Below, in pieces: positions 28,471 through 37,482 of a stretch of 64,000 nucleotides of DNA (position 1 is the first letter of the stretch; every line of letters starts with the position of its first letter). The stretch is from the NCBI GenBank assembly GCA_040768745.1, contig JAXGMI010000002.1:704001-768000 (forward strand), in the 5' to 3' direction. The notes below the pieces were generated by a model. It saw only the letters and a list, made by a program, of their open reading frames with translations. It did no database searches and had not been told where the DNA came from. The position numbers were made by a program, and so were the translations under genes. This DNA comes from Desulfomicrobium sp. (lineage in GTDB: Bacteria; Desulfobacterota; Desulfovibrionia; Desulfovibrionales; Desulfomicrobiaceae).

Positions 28471-30102
28471 ATGAACCGCTCCGACCTCGTCGCGTTTTAT
28501 GCCCCCCGTCTCGAAAGCATGTCGGACCCTGCCCTGGTCATGGACCAGGGCGGCAACGTGCTCTACGCCAACCGCACCCTGCGGGAAATGGGCAACACCC
28601 CGTCCGGCGCACTTGCGCCCGGGGATCTCACGGAAGAGCTCAGATCCTTGGTCCGCGACTGGGAGCTCCAAAAGCCCGAAGACGATCGGCCTCCTGTGCG
28701 GGAATTCCGGCTGCGCGTCGTCCTGCCCGACGGGGCGGGCACGCGCCACGTGAACTGGAAGTGCGCGGCCGTCCCCGCCGCCGACGGCATTGCGGCGCTG
28801 GCCTGGGGGACATTCAAGTCCACGGGTCCGGGCCGGGAGATGGGTTTCACCGTCCTGTCCAGCGGCATCATTCAGGCCGCCAGCCCCGCCCTGTGCACTG
28901 TCTGCGGCTATTCGCGGGACGAGCTGGTCGGTCGCCTGGCCCGGCATTTCTACTACACGGCCGCCTCGCGCCGACGCATCGTCAACCAGCTGAACGAACG
29001 CAGCGAGGTGGAGAACGGCGTCGTGACCTTGCGCCGCAAGGACGGCTCGCCCCTGACCCTGTGGTACAGCGCCGAGGCCATCCGCGACGGCAGTGGCCAG
29101 ATCCAGGCCTACAGCGGATTTTTCCAGCAGCGGCCATTCCCCTTCTTGTCCAAGCTGGCGGGGGAATTCTCCCTCATCGTCGACGCCCTGCCCGACCTGG
29201 CCTGGGTCAGCAGCCGCGACCTGCGCATCGTCGCCGCCAACCAGGCCTATCTGCAGGCCTACGGCCGGACCCGCGAAGAGGTCATCGGCCGCACCGAGTA
29301 CGACTTCTTGGAGCCGCGGCAGGCCCGCTTCCCCATCGAGGCGGCCATCAAGGTCTTCGACGAGAAGCAGGAGCTTCTTCACCCGGCGGTCCCTCATCTC
29401 GCGGACCCGCAGGTCTGGTATCGCGTCATCCGCCGGCCCATCTTCGACGACGACCGGCAGGAAGTCATCGGTCTGCTGGGCATTGCCCAGGACATCACCA
29501 CCAAGGTCCTGCAGGAAAACGCATTCATGGAGCAGTTGCGAGCCTGCACCGAGGATGTGGTCGTGGTCACCGATGACCAGGGCAGGATCCTGCGGCGCTC
29601 CACGCAAACCCTGAATCCCTCCATTTATGGACGCCCTGGGCTTTACGACGCCTACACCCTGGACATGCGACCCGTCCTCGACCTCCTGCATGCCGCGGAC
29701 CTGCCCGCTGTCCGCCAGGCCATGCACGTGGTCATGCGTGAACACCGCGAGCAGTATCTGGAGTGCCGCATCCGCAACCAGGCTGGCAGCTATTCGACGG
29801 TCATGGCCAGGCTGATCTTCAATGACTCCATCTACGGTGAGCCACGCATGTACGTAGTGGCCCGGGACATTTCTGAACTGAAGGGTCTCCGCGGGGTCTC
29901 GCTGGTCATCGAGCGGCTCAAGAAAGCCTCGGGATCACGTACGGATCGGGAATTGGCCTCCTTTCTGAATGTCTCGGCCGCGTCCATCTCCAACGCCCGC
30001 AGAAACCTCCGCATCCCTCCGGATTGGATCATTGACACCGGCCTGCGGACCGGAACGTCCATCGACTGGATTGTTTCCGGCAGCGGTTCTGCCCCGGGCT
30101 GA
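28471..30102 (+). CDS. Multi-PAS protein with C-terminal phage CI-repressor-like HTH
   Basis: Several PAS/PAC segments (GYSRDELVGR, LRRKDGSPL, GRTREEVIGRT, LLHAAD...VVARDISE); tail ERLKKASGSRTDRELASFLNVSAASIS...IP.DW....G.SIDWIVSG. Confidence 0.8.
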   Translation: MNRSDLVAFYAPRLESMSDPALVMDQGGNVLYANRTLREMGNTPSGALAPGDLTEELRSLVRDWELQKPEDDRPPVREFRLRVVLPDGAGTRHVNWKCAAVPAADGIAALAWGTFKSTGPGREMGFTVLSSGIIQAASPALCTVCGYSRDELVGRLARHFYYTAASRRRIVNQLNERSEVENGVVTLRRKDGSPLTLWYSAEAIRDGSGQIQAYSGFFQQRPFPFLSKLAGEFSLIVDALPDLAWVSSRDLRIVAANQAYLQAYGRTREEVIGRTEYDFLEPRQARFPIEAAIKVFDEKQELLHPAVPHLADPQVWYRVIRRPIFDDDRQEVIGLLGIAQDITTKVLQENAFMEQLRACTEDVVVVTDDQGRILRRSTQTLNPSIYGRPGLYDAYTLDMRPVLDLLHAADLPAVRQAMHVVMREHREQYLECRIRNQAGSYSTVMARLIFNDSIYGEPRMYVVARDISELKGLRGVSLVIERLKKASGSRTDRELASFLNVSAASISNARRNLRIPPDWIIDTGLRTGTSIDWIVSGSGSAPG

Positions 30103-30198
30103 GGTCGTGGGCCAAGGAATTCCCATCGTTGCTCTCATGTTGTGCTTGGCGCACGACACGCGTACACGGATAACGCAACATCCATGTGTATGTGAGGT

Positions 30199-31527
30199 AT
30201 GATCGTGAAAACAATACATTATCTTGTTTGCATACTCCTTTTGACCTCGGCCTGTGCCGGAAATCAGGCAAAGTCCACCCGTCCGGCCGAATGGCTGGCC
30301 CTCAATCAGGAGTTCATCCGCTTGTACGCGCAGGGGGACTATGACAGGGCATTGATCACAGCCCAGAGGGAAGTGGATCTGGCCGGGGGATTTTCTCCGA
30401 GAGAAAATGCTGACTTAGCAACCTCGCTGAACAACCTGGGAGTAGCCTTCACTGCCCTGGGCCGCTTCGCCGAGGCCGAGTCTCCGCTGCGGCGGGCCCT
30501 GGCCATGCGCGAGAAGTTGTTGGGATTCAATCACCTGGAAGTAGCCACAACCCTTGGGAATCTTGGCGAGCTCTACGCGGCCCGGAACATGCCTTCCGAA
30601 GCGGAAGACGCGTTCATCCGGGCTTTGGAAATCCGCGAGGCCGCATTGGGTCCGGAAAATCCCGACTTGGCCGACACCCTGCACAACCTGGGAAAGCTTT
30701 ACTATCAGAAGGGACTCCTGGACCAGGGCGAGACCTCGCTCAAGCGCGCCTTGCTGATCCGCGAAAAAACCCTCGGACCGGACAGCGCGCACGTGGGACA
30801 GACCCTCGACAACCTGGCAGGCATTGCCCAAACCCGCCGTGAGTACCACAAAGCCCAGATCCTGCTGGAACGCTCCCTGGCCATCAAGGAGAAAGCCCTT
30901 GGACCTGATCATCCCTGGCTCATGAACACCCTGACCAACCTGACAGAAACCCTCATGGCCCAGGGGCAGGTGGCCGACGCCGAATCAGTCATCCGCCGGG
31001 CCGTCGCCATCGGAGAAAAGGTCTATGGCCCTGAAAACGTGACCATGGCCGTACCCCTGACCACCCTCGGCAACCTGGCCACTGCCCAGGGCAAGTACCA
31101 GGAGGCAGAACAGGTGTATGTCAGAGCCCTGAACCTCCGAGCCAGGGCCCTCCCTGCGGATCATATGGACATGGCCCTTTCCCTGGGCAATCTGGCCACC
31201 CTCTATTATCTGCAGGAACGCTTCACCGAAGCGGAGCCCCTGTACGAACGCGCTCTGGCCATCAGCGAGGCGCAACTCGGCCCGGACCACGCCGATGTGG
31301 CCCAACTCCTGCATAACGTTGGCGTTCTCAATCGCAAGCTCGGCAATCTGGACCAGGCGGAAACCAACTTTCTGCGCGCCCTGGCCATCCGCGAGAAGGT
31401 CTTCGGCATGTCCGACCCCCTGGTCGCCGAGACGCTGGAGGCCCTGGCCATAGTTCTCAGAGAAAACGGGGACGCGATTGGAGCCATCCAGTATGCCGAT
31501 CGCGCCAAGGCCATTCGTGTCAAATAA
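30199..31527 (+). CDS. TPR-repeat lipoprotein (kinesin-light-chain-type repeats)
   Basis: Lipobox-like LTSAC; about nine 42-aa repeats of A..L.NL..LY..G....AE....RAL.IRE..LGP.H. Confidence 0.9.
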   Translation: MIVKTIHYLVCILLLTSACAGNQAKSTRPAEWLALNQEFIRLYAQGDYDRALITAQREVDLAGGFSPRENADLATSLNNLGVAFTALGRFAEAESPLRRALAMREKLLGFNHLEVATTLGNLGELYAARNMPSEAEDAFIRALEIREAALGPENPDLADTLHNLGKLYYQKGLLDQGETSLKRALLIREKTLGPDSAHVGQTLDNLAGIAQTRREYHKAQILLERSLAIKEKALGPDHPWLMNTLTNLTETLMAQGQVADAESVIRRAVAIGEKVYGPENVTMAVPLTTLGNLATAQGKYQEAEQVYVRALNLRARALPADHMDMALSLGNLATLYYLQERFTEAEPLYERALAISEAQLGPDHADVAQLLHNVGVLNRKLGNLDQAETNFLRALAIREKVFGMSDPLVAETLEALAIVLRENGDAIGAIQYADRAKAIRVK

Positions 31528-31686
31528 TCCCAGAAGGATGTGCCGTGTTCGAACCGAAAAATTGACACTGCCAATCCACGCGTGCGCGGAATAGACGTTT
31601 TCCTGTTTTTCCGTTAGGCCTCTCCGCAGAGAATCACAGGTCTGAACCATGAACTTATTCGAACAGAAAGAAAGGGTTGCAGCGTA

Positions 31687-32538
31687 ATGTTCGCAGTAAT
31701 CGGCATATTGGTCGTCATTGGCTGTGTCGTCGGGGGCTACCTCATGGGACATGGCAATCTTTCGGTGCTGTGGCAGCCGGCGGAATTTGTCATCATCGTT
31801 GGCGCGGCACTGGGCTCTTTTCTGATTTCCTCGCCCATGCCGGTCATCAAGCTGACGTTCAAAGGCTTCGCCAGCGTTCTCACTGCAAAAAGCCCCGGAA
31901 AAAGCGAGTACCTGCAGCTTTTGCGGGCCCTGTACGATCTGCTGAACCTGGCCAAGCACGAAGGCATCATCGCCCTGGAAAGTCATGCCAACAAACCCAA
32001 GGAAAGCAGTATCTTCACGCCCTATCCCTTTGTCATGAACAACCATCAGGTCCTGGATTTCATTTGCGACAACGTGAAAACCTACGCCATGGCCGGCATG
32101 GAGCCCCATGAGTTCGAAACCCTGATGGATATCGACATCGACACCCATCACCATGAAGAACTCATTCCGGCCAACTCCATCAACAAGCTGAGCGACGCCT
32201 TGCCCGGCATGGGTATCGTGGCCTGCGTTCTGGGGGTGGTCCTGACCATGGGCAAGATCAACGAACCGCCCGAAGTCCTGGGCCACCACATCGGCGCGGC
32301 CCTGGTTGGCACCTTTCTGGGCATTCTCTTGGCCTACGGTTTTGTGGGCCCTTTTTCGACCAATGTTGAGCATCAGGTTCGCGAGCAGCACACCCTTTTG
32401 AACGTGGCTAAAACCGCCATCATGTCCTTTGCCCTTGGTTGGGCCCCGGTTCTGGCCCTGGAGGCCGCCCGCCGGGCTGTGCCCAGTTCCGTTCGCCCGA
32501 CCTTCGAAGAGCTCGAAAGCGCGGTCCGCAAAAAATAG
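31687..32538 (+). CDS. motA: Flagellar motor stator protein MotA
   Basis: LWQPAEFVII, GIIALE, DALPGMGIVA.VLGVV.TM, IGAALVGTFLG. Confidence 0.95.
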   Translation: MFAVIGILVVIGCVVGGYLMGHGNLSVLWQPAEFVIIVGAALGSFLISSPMPVIKLTFKGFASVLTAKSPGKSEYLQLLRALYDLLNLAKHEGIIALESHANKPKESSIFTPYPFVMNNHQVLDFICDNVKTYAMAGMEPHEFETLMDIDIDTHHHEELIPANSINKLSDALPGMGIVACVLGVVLTMGKINEPPEVLGHHIGAALVGTFLGILLAYGFVGPFSTNVEHQVREQHTLLNVAKTAIMSFALGWAPVLALEAARRAVPSSVRPTFEELESAVRKK

Positions 32539-32557
32539 CCCGGGAAGTTCACGACCC

Positions 32558-33403
32558 ATGGCCGAGAAAAAAACCATCATCATCAAAAAAGTCGTTAAGG
32601 GCGGACACGGCGGACACGGCGGCGGAAGCTGGAAAATCGCCTATGCCGACTTTGTCACCGCCATGATGGCCTTTTTTCTCCTCATGTGGCTGATCAATAC
32701 CGTGCCCCAGGAAACCAAGGAGAACCTGTCCATCTACTTCAAGGAATTCTCTGTGTTCGATGGGCCTCCCCAGTCCTTGAAATCAGGACCGGCCAGCACA
32801 AATGCCGTCGACGCCGACCAACCCAGACCACTTCTCATGGAAGGGTCCCCGGGTTTGTTCACCGAAGGCAAATCTCAGGAGGAAATCCTCCGGGAAGCCA
32901 TGGCCAAGATGATTGAGGAACGGCTCAAGGCGTACAAGGACCAGCTGATCATCGACACGTTCGAGAGCGGGGTGCGCATTCAGATGCTCTACGGAGAGGG
33001 GCACCCCTTTTTCGATTCCGGCAGCTCCCAACTGACCAGCGATGCACGCAACGTGCTCAAGACAATAGCGCAGACCGTAGCAGACCTGCCCAACCTCATT
33101 GCCGTGGAAGGCCACACCGACTCAATCCCCCTGGGCGGCCCCAACGCACGGTACACGAACTGGGAACTGTCCACCGACAGGGCTTCCTCGGCCCGCCTTA
33201 TTCTTGAGGAGTATGGCCTGGACCCCAAACGCATCGTCCGGGTGGCCGGATACGCTGCGACCCAGCCCCTGGTCCGCGACAATCCCGAGGATCCCAAAAA
33301 TCGTCGGGTCAGCATTCTGCTCTTCAACGACCCGACCCAGACCCCGGGCGACGTACGCAACCAGACCGGAGCCAGGCCCCTTACCGTCAACCCCCTGCCC
33401 TGA
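32558..33403 (+). CDS. motB: Flagellar motor protein MotB
   Basis: HGGGSWKIAYADFVTAMMAFF; OmpA-like VEGHTD, NWELSTDRA, NRRVSI. Confidence 0.95.
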   Translation: MAEKKTIIIKKVVKGGHGGHGGGSWKIAYADFVTAMMAFFLLMWLINTVPQETKENLSIYFKEFSVFDGPPQSLKSGPASTNAVDADQPRPLLMEGSPGLFTEGKSQEEILREAMAKMIEERLKAYKDQLIIDTFESGVRIQMLYGEGHPFFDSGSSQLTSDARNVLKTIAQTVADLPNLIAVEGHTDSIPLGGPNARYTNWELSTDRASSARLILEEYGLDPKRIVRVAGYAATQPLVRDNPEDPKNRRVSILLFNDPTQTPGDVRNQTGARPLTVNPLP

Positions 33404-33436
33404 TCAATGCACAGGCCCCGTGCCTGCAGCGGCAAT

Positions 33437-33484
33437 AAAAAAAGCACGGATCCCCTCCAAAGCCACCGGGGACCCATGCTTTTT
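33437..33484. terminator. Probable bidirectional terminator
   Basis: A-run, imperfect stem, T-run between convergent motB and helicase. Confidence 0.55.
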
Positions 33485-33513
33485 GTCGCGTCGGCCTTTG
33501 CTGGCCGGGTCGA

Positions 33514-34845
33514 TCAATTTGCCGCAGGCCGCATGCCGAACACGCTTCTTCCGCCCGAACTGGTCCTCCTGGATGGACCGGATCTGGCAGGAAGGCCTTG
33601 CGGCTCCTGCTTGCCGCGGTTCCCTGGCCGGCCCTGCCGAGCCGGAGCCCCCGACCTTGCGGGCCCGCGCAAAGCCCGCGGCTCCTCGAATGCAGTGTCG
33701 TTACCAGACCTTTCGTCACCGTAGGCGAACCCCTCCACAATCATGCGGCTCAGGGAAGTGCGTAAGATCCGCTCTATCATTCTGATCTGGTCCGCGTCCT
33801 CCGGAGTGACCAGGGTCATGGCCTGTCCGCTTTTGTCCGCCCGTCCAGTGCGCCCGATGCGATGGGTGTAGCACTCGGCCGTGTCCGGGACGTCAAAATT
33901 GACCACATGGGTGATGCGCGCGCAATCAATGCCCCGGGCCGCGATATCCGTGGCCACCATGATCCGGTATTTGCCGGTCCTGAAGCCGTCCAGGGCCTCC
34001 TGCCGACGATTCTGTGAAAGATTGCCCTGCAGGGAGGTGGCCAGCCATCCCCTGCCTTCCAGCCGGCGGGCGAGGCTTTTGGCCCGGTGCTTGGTCCGAG
34101 TGAAAACCAGCACGCAGTCGTGGGGAGTTTTGGTCAGCAAGGCCTCGAGCAGGTCAGCCTTACGCCCGCCTGGCACAGGGTACACGCAATGGCTGATGGT
34201 TTCGGCCGGAGCGGTATTGGCCACCTGGACCACGACAGGGTCTTTGAGGATCTGATCCGCCATCTTGCGGATTTCCGGGGGCATGGTCGCGGAAAAAAGA
34301 AGGTTCTGCCGTTTGTGGGGAAGTTCGGCCATGATCCGCCGGACATCGGGCAGAAAGCCCATATCGAACATGTGATCGGCCTCGTCCAGGACCAGGGCCT
34401 TGATGCCGGACAGGTCCACGTGCCCGCGGTTGACCAGGTCCAGCAACCGGCCTGGGCAAGCTACCAGGACACTGGCCTGACGGGCGGCCCTGATCTGAGG
34501 GCTCTCGCCCACTCCACCGAAAACAGCGGCCGAGCGGATCCCGGTCTGCCGACCCAGGGTGATAAAGGATTCATGAATCTGCAGGGCCAATTCGCGCGTG
34601 GGCGCGAGCACAAGCACTCTGGGCGCACCGTGCCCGTCGTTTGCCTCTGCGGCGATCAAATGCTGCAGAAGTGGCAGGGCAAAGGCCGCAGTCTTGCCTG
34701 TTCCGGTTTGGGCCAAGCCCAGAACGTCTCGCCCGGCCAGAGCTGCCGGCATGGCCTGGACCTGAATGGGGGTAGGGGAAACATAGCCACAGTCACGGAC
34801 ATTGGCGAGGATGCGCCTGTCCAGAGAAAAAGAGGAAAAGTCCAC
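33514..34845 (-). CDS. DEAD-box RNA helicase (RhlE-like); GTG start inferred, frame open to 34908
   Basis: PTPIQ, AQTGTGKT, PTRELA, DEAD, SAT, ARGID, HRIGRTGR; Arg/Gly-rich tail. Confidence 0.95.
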   Translation of the reverse strand: MDFSSFSLDRRILANVRDCGYVSPTPIQVQAMPAALAGRDVLGLAQTGTGKTAAFALPLLQHLIAAEANDGHGAPRVLVLAPTRELALQIHESFITLGRQTGIRSAAVFGGVGESPQIRAARQASVLVACPGRLLDLVNRGHVDLSGIKALVLDEADHMFDMGFLPDVRRIMAELPHKRQNLLFSATMPPEIRKMADQILKDPVVVQVANTAPAETISHCVYPVPGGRKADLLEALLTKTPHDCVLVFTRTKHRAKSLARRLEGRGWLATSLQGNLSQNRRQEALDGFRTGKYRIMVATDIAARGIDCARITHVVNFDVPDTAECYTHRIGRTGRADKSGQAMTLVTPEDADQIRMIERILRTSLSRMIVEGFAYGDERSGNDTAFEEPRALRGPARSGAPARQGRPGNRGKQEPQGLPARSGPSRRTSSGGRSVFGMRPAAN

Positions 34846-35046
34846 AAAAATTCCTGTGCTTGAGGGGAAAAAAGACGATTGGCGTGATCTGCAATCGAGG
34901 CCGGACATGCCGGATGACGGAAAATCTCCAAGACTTCATGATGCCCGGACAGGGATGTCGGGCACCGGGTCTGCTCACGCGAGGAGATGACGAGTGCGGA
35001 AGAAGGATAATGCCGCAAGGGAATCCTGGCGCGGCCTGTTCTTTAC

Positions 35047-35122
35047 TGGTGGGCCACCAAGGAATCGAACCTTGAACCTGCTGATTAAGAGTCAGATGCT
35101 CTACCAATTGAGCTAGTGGCCC
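35047..35122 (-). tRNA. tRNA-Lys (anticodon CTT)
   Basis: 76 nt GGGCCACTAGCTCAATTGGTAGAGCA-TCTGACT-CTT-AATCAG-...GGTTCGATTCC...TGGCCCACCA, CCA encoded. Confidence 0.97.
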
Positions 35123-35139
35123 GCGCAAACGGAATAATT

Positions 35140-35168
35140 TTTCTATGCAGGCGGAATCGGAATGTCAA
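35140..35168 (-). promoter_or_regulatory. Candidate sigma-70 promoter of tRNA-Lys
   Basis: TTGACA-17nt-TAGAAA ending 17 nt before the mature tRNA. Confidence 0.55.
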
Positions 35169-35507
35169 ATGGAAAAAATGAAGACCTAAAACCTCTTTTC
35201 TGCCCCACGCTGCGACGGGCTCGCCGAACATGAAGGCGCCCTGTGTCCCACACCGCCCGATCACACCACAAGATCAGCCCATGCCGGAGTTGCCTTCCGC
35301 ATTGGCCTTGCCTAAAAGACGGGCTGCATGAATACGTCCTGGACCACTTCATGAACCTTGTGATCACCGTTGCCTTCTCCCCCGGCCAAAAACGGGGTCA
35401 TCGGCAGGCGCGGCCAAACGATGCCCTGACCCGAGGACACAGATGAAAAACGCCGACCATTTCTCCTCCTGGCAGTCATCTCTGGGGGATGGACCCGGTC
35501 CCGGGGA

Positions 35508-36464
35508 ATGCCCGTGACCGGAACATCCGCGGAACCGCAGCGCGTCTACGTGGAAATCACCAACGCCTGCAACCTGCGCTGCCACTTCTGTCCAGGCACG
35601 TCCCGCCCTCCGGCCAGGATGGATCCTGAATTCTTCGCCAGCCTGTTGACCCAGATCACACCCCTGACAAGCCGGATCTCCCTGCATGTTCTGGGGGAGC
35701 CGTTGACCCACCCGGATCTCCCGCTTCTCCTGGAGCACTGTGCCCGTGCCGCTGTGGCTGTTGACCTGACCACGAACGGGTCCCTCATCTCCCGGTGGAG
35801 TGATGACCTCCTGCAGTCCCGTGCCTTGCGGCAGATCAACTTCTCACTTCAATCCCTGGACCGGGCAGCGGGTCCGGACCTGGACACCCTGGACCGAGTG
35901 CTGAACTTCACCTCTCAGGTCCTGTTGAAACGACCGGAACTGTATGTCAATTTCCGGCTGTGGACCCTGGACAATCTCCGCGCACAGGAGGACAGTGCCT
36001 TCAACCGAGCCGTGCTGGAACGCATCGGCCATGACCTGCACATTTCCACCCCAACCCTGGTGCCGGGCCGCAAAAGCCGCAGACTCGTAGGCCGAGTCTA
36101 TGTGCATGCGGATACGGTCTTTACCTGGCCCGGGGATCTGCCTGCGGCCGAACGACACCGGGGCTACTGTCATGCTCTGACATCGCACTGCGCCATTCTG
36201 GCCGACGGTACGGTCTGCCCCTGCTGCCTGGACGCCGAGGGTCGACTGGCCCTCGGCAATGTCCGGGTGACGCCCCTGGCCCAGATTTTGGCTTCGCCCC
36301 GGGCCACGGCCATGCGCAACGGTTTCAGTCGGGGCGAACTTGTGGAAGACCTCTGCCGTCATTGCTCCTATTGCCACAGATTTGAAGCGAACCGCCGGCA
36401 AGCACCTCAGCACGCCCGGGCGAACCCGGCACGGCCCTGCAACGATGAAAAGAGACCACTATAG
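35508..36464 (+). CDS. Radical SAM protein with SPASM/twitch domain
   Basis: EITNACNLRCHFC, LGEP, LTTNG; C-terminal C....ILADGTVCPCC...LGN...CRHC. Confidence 0.92.
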   Translation: MPVTGTSAEPQRVYVEITNACNLRCHFCPGTSRPPARMDPEFFASLLTQITPLTSRISLHVLGEPLTHPDLPLLLEHCARAAVAVDLTTNGSLISRWSDDLLQSRALRQINFSLQSLDRAAGPDLDTLDRVLNFTSQVLLKRPELYVNFRLWTLDNLRAQEDSAFNRAVLERIGHDLHISTPTLVPGRKSRRLVGRVYVHADTVFTWPGDLPAAERHRGYCHALTSHCAILADGTVCPCCLDAEGRLALGNVRVTPLAQILASPRATAMRNGFSRGELVEDLCRHCSYCHRFEANRRQAPQHARANPARPCNDEKRPL

Positions 36465-37389
36465 CCGTTCGGCCCGCAATGCCTTTTCCGGCCTGGACCT
36501 GAACCGCAAACCCTTGCTCCCCGGAAATCCCACATCCTGGGAGGAATTCCTCGCCCTGAACAATTCGTCCTTTGTGGCTGTGCGCGGAGACGAGATCCTC
36601 TTCGACCCGGCCGGGACCGATCCCCTGTTGCTCGACGCACGCATGCTTGGTGGCTGCGATCATGCATTCCTTCAGCCCATGCTCCTGGGTGACGACGGGC
36701 AGACAACATTTTTTGCCCTCAATGTCGACAGGATGCCCGCATCCCTGGCTCAATGCCTGGCCGGACTGGGCACCTTTGCCCGGTTGCGCCAGCATGTGGC
36801 GACCATGTCCGGCAAGATCGCCTCTCTCCTCGGTTATGCCTGTTTCGCTGCCGGATGGCAAAGCCAGACGCGTTTCTGCAGCCTGTGCGGACATCCCACC
36901 GTTTCCAAGCCCTCCTCCCTGGCCCAGTGCTGCACCAACCCGTCCTGCGCGGCTGAACATTTCCCCAGGATCAATCCGGCCATGATCGTCCTGGTCCACC
37001 ATCCGGAAAAGGACATGTGCCTGCTCGGCCGCCAGTCCTCATGGAAACCCAGGGTCTATTCAGCCCTGGCCGGGTACGTGGAGCCAGGAGAAAGCGCCGA
37101 GGACGCTGTGCTGCGCGAGGTCATGGAGGAAACGGGAATCCGGGTTCGGGACATCCGATATCATTCCTCCCAGCCCTGGCCCTTTTCCTCCTCTCTCATG
37201 CTCGGCTTCCACGCCCTGGCCGAAAACCTGGATATCCACCTCGACGACCGGGAACTTGAAGATGCGCGCTGGTTTCCACGCCAGGAGATCCCCGGCCTCC
37301 TTGAAAAGGGGGATCTGGCCTTGCCCAGCACAGAGACCATTGCACGGCATCTCTTTGATGCCTGGATCCAAGGCGATCTCGGCGATTGA
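36445..37389 (+). CDS. nudC: NAD(H) diphosphatase / NAD-cap decapping enzyme
   Basis: RFCSLCG zinc finger, FPRINPAMI, Nudix box AGYVEPGES.EDAV.REV.EETG, SQPWPF. Confidence 0.93.
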   Translation: MKRDHYSRSARNAFSGLDLNRKPLLPGNPTSWEEFLALNNSSFVAVRGDEILFDPAGTDPLLLDARMLGGCDHAFLQPMLLGDDGQTTFFALNVDRMPASLAQCLAGLGTFARLRQHVATMSGKIASLLGYACFAAGWQSQTRFCSLCGHPTVSKPSSLAQCCTNPSCAAEHFPRINPAMIVLVHHPEKDMCLLGRQSSWKPRVYSALAGYVEPGESAEDAVLREVMEETGIRVRDIRYHSSQPWPFSSSLMLGFHALAENLDIHLDDRELEDARWFPRQEIPGLLEKGDLALPSTETIARHLFDAWIQGDLGD

Positions 37390-37482
37390 ATCGCCGCAGG
37401 CCAAGAGCAAGACGGCATTGCGCCGTCTCCATCATGTTGTTATAATTTATTTTTTTGCATCACATCAGCACGGGAGCCTGTC

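Noticed and set aside
30400..31500. 126-bp periodicity
   Set aside because: Explained by the 42-aa TPR protein repeats, not a DNA repeat array
31687..33403. motAB as Zorya ZorAB defence genes
   Set aside because: MotA is canonical length with no long tail; no zorC/D/E nearby
35047..35122. tRNA-Lys as an integration site
   Set aside because: No duplicate of its 3' end noticed and no integrase adjacent
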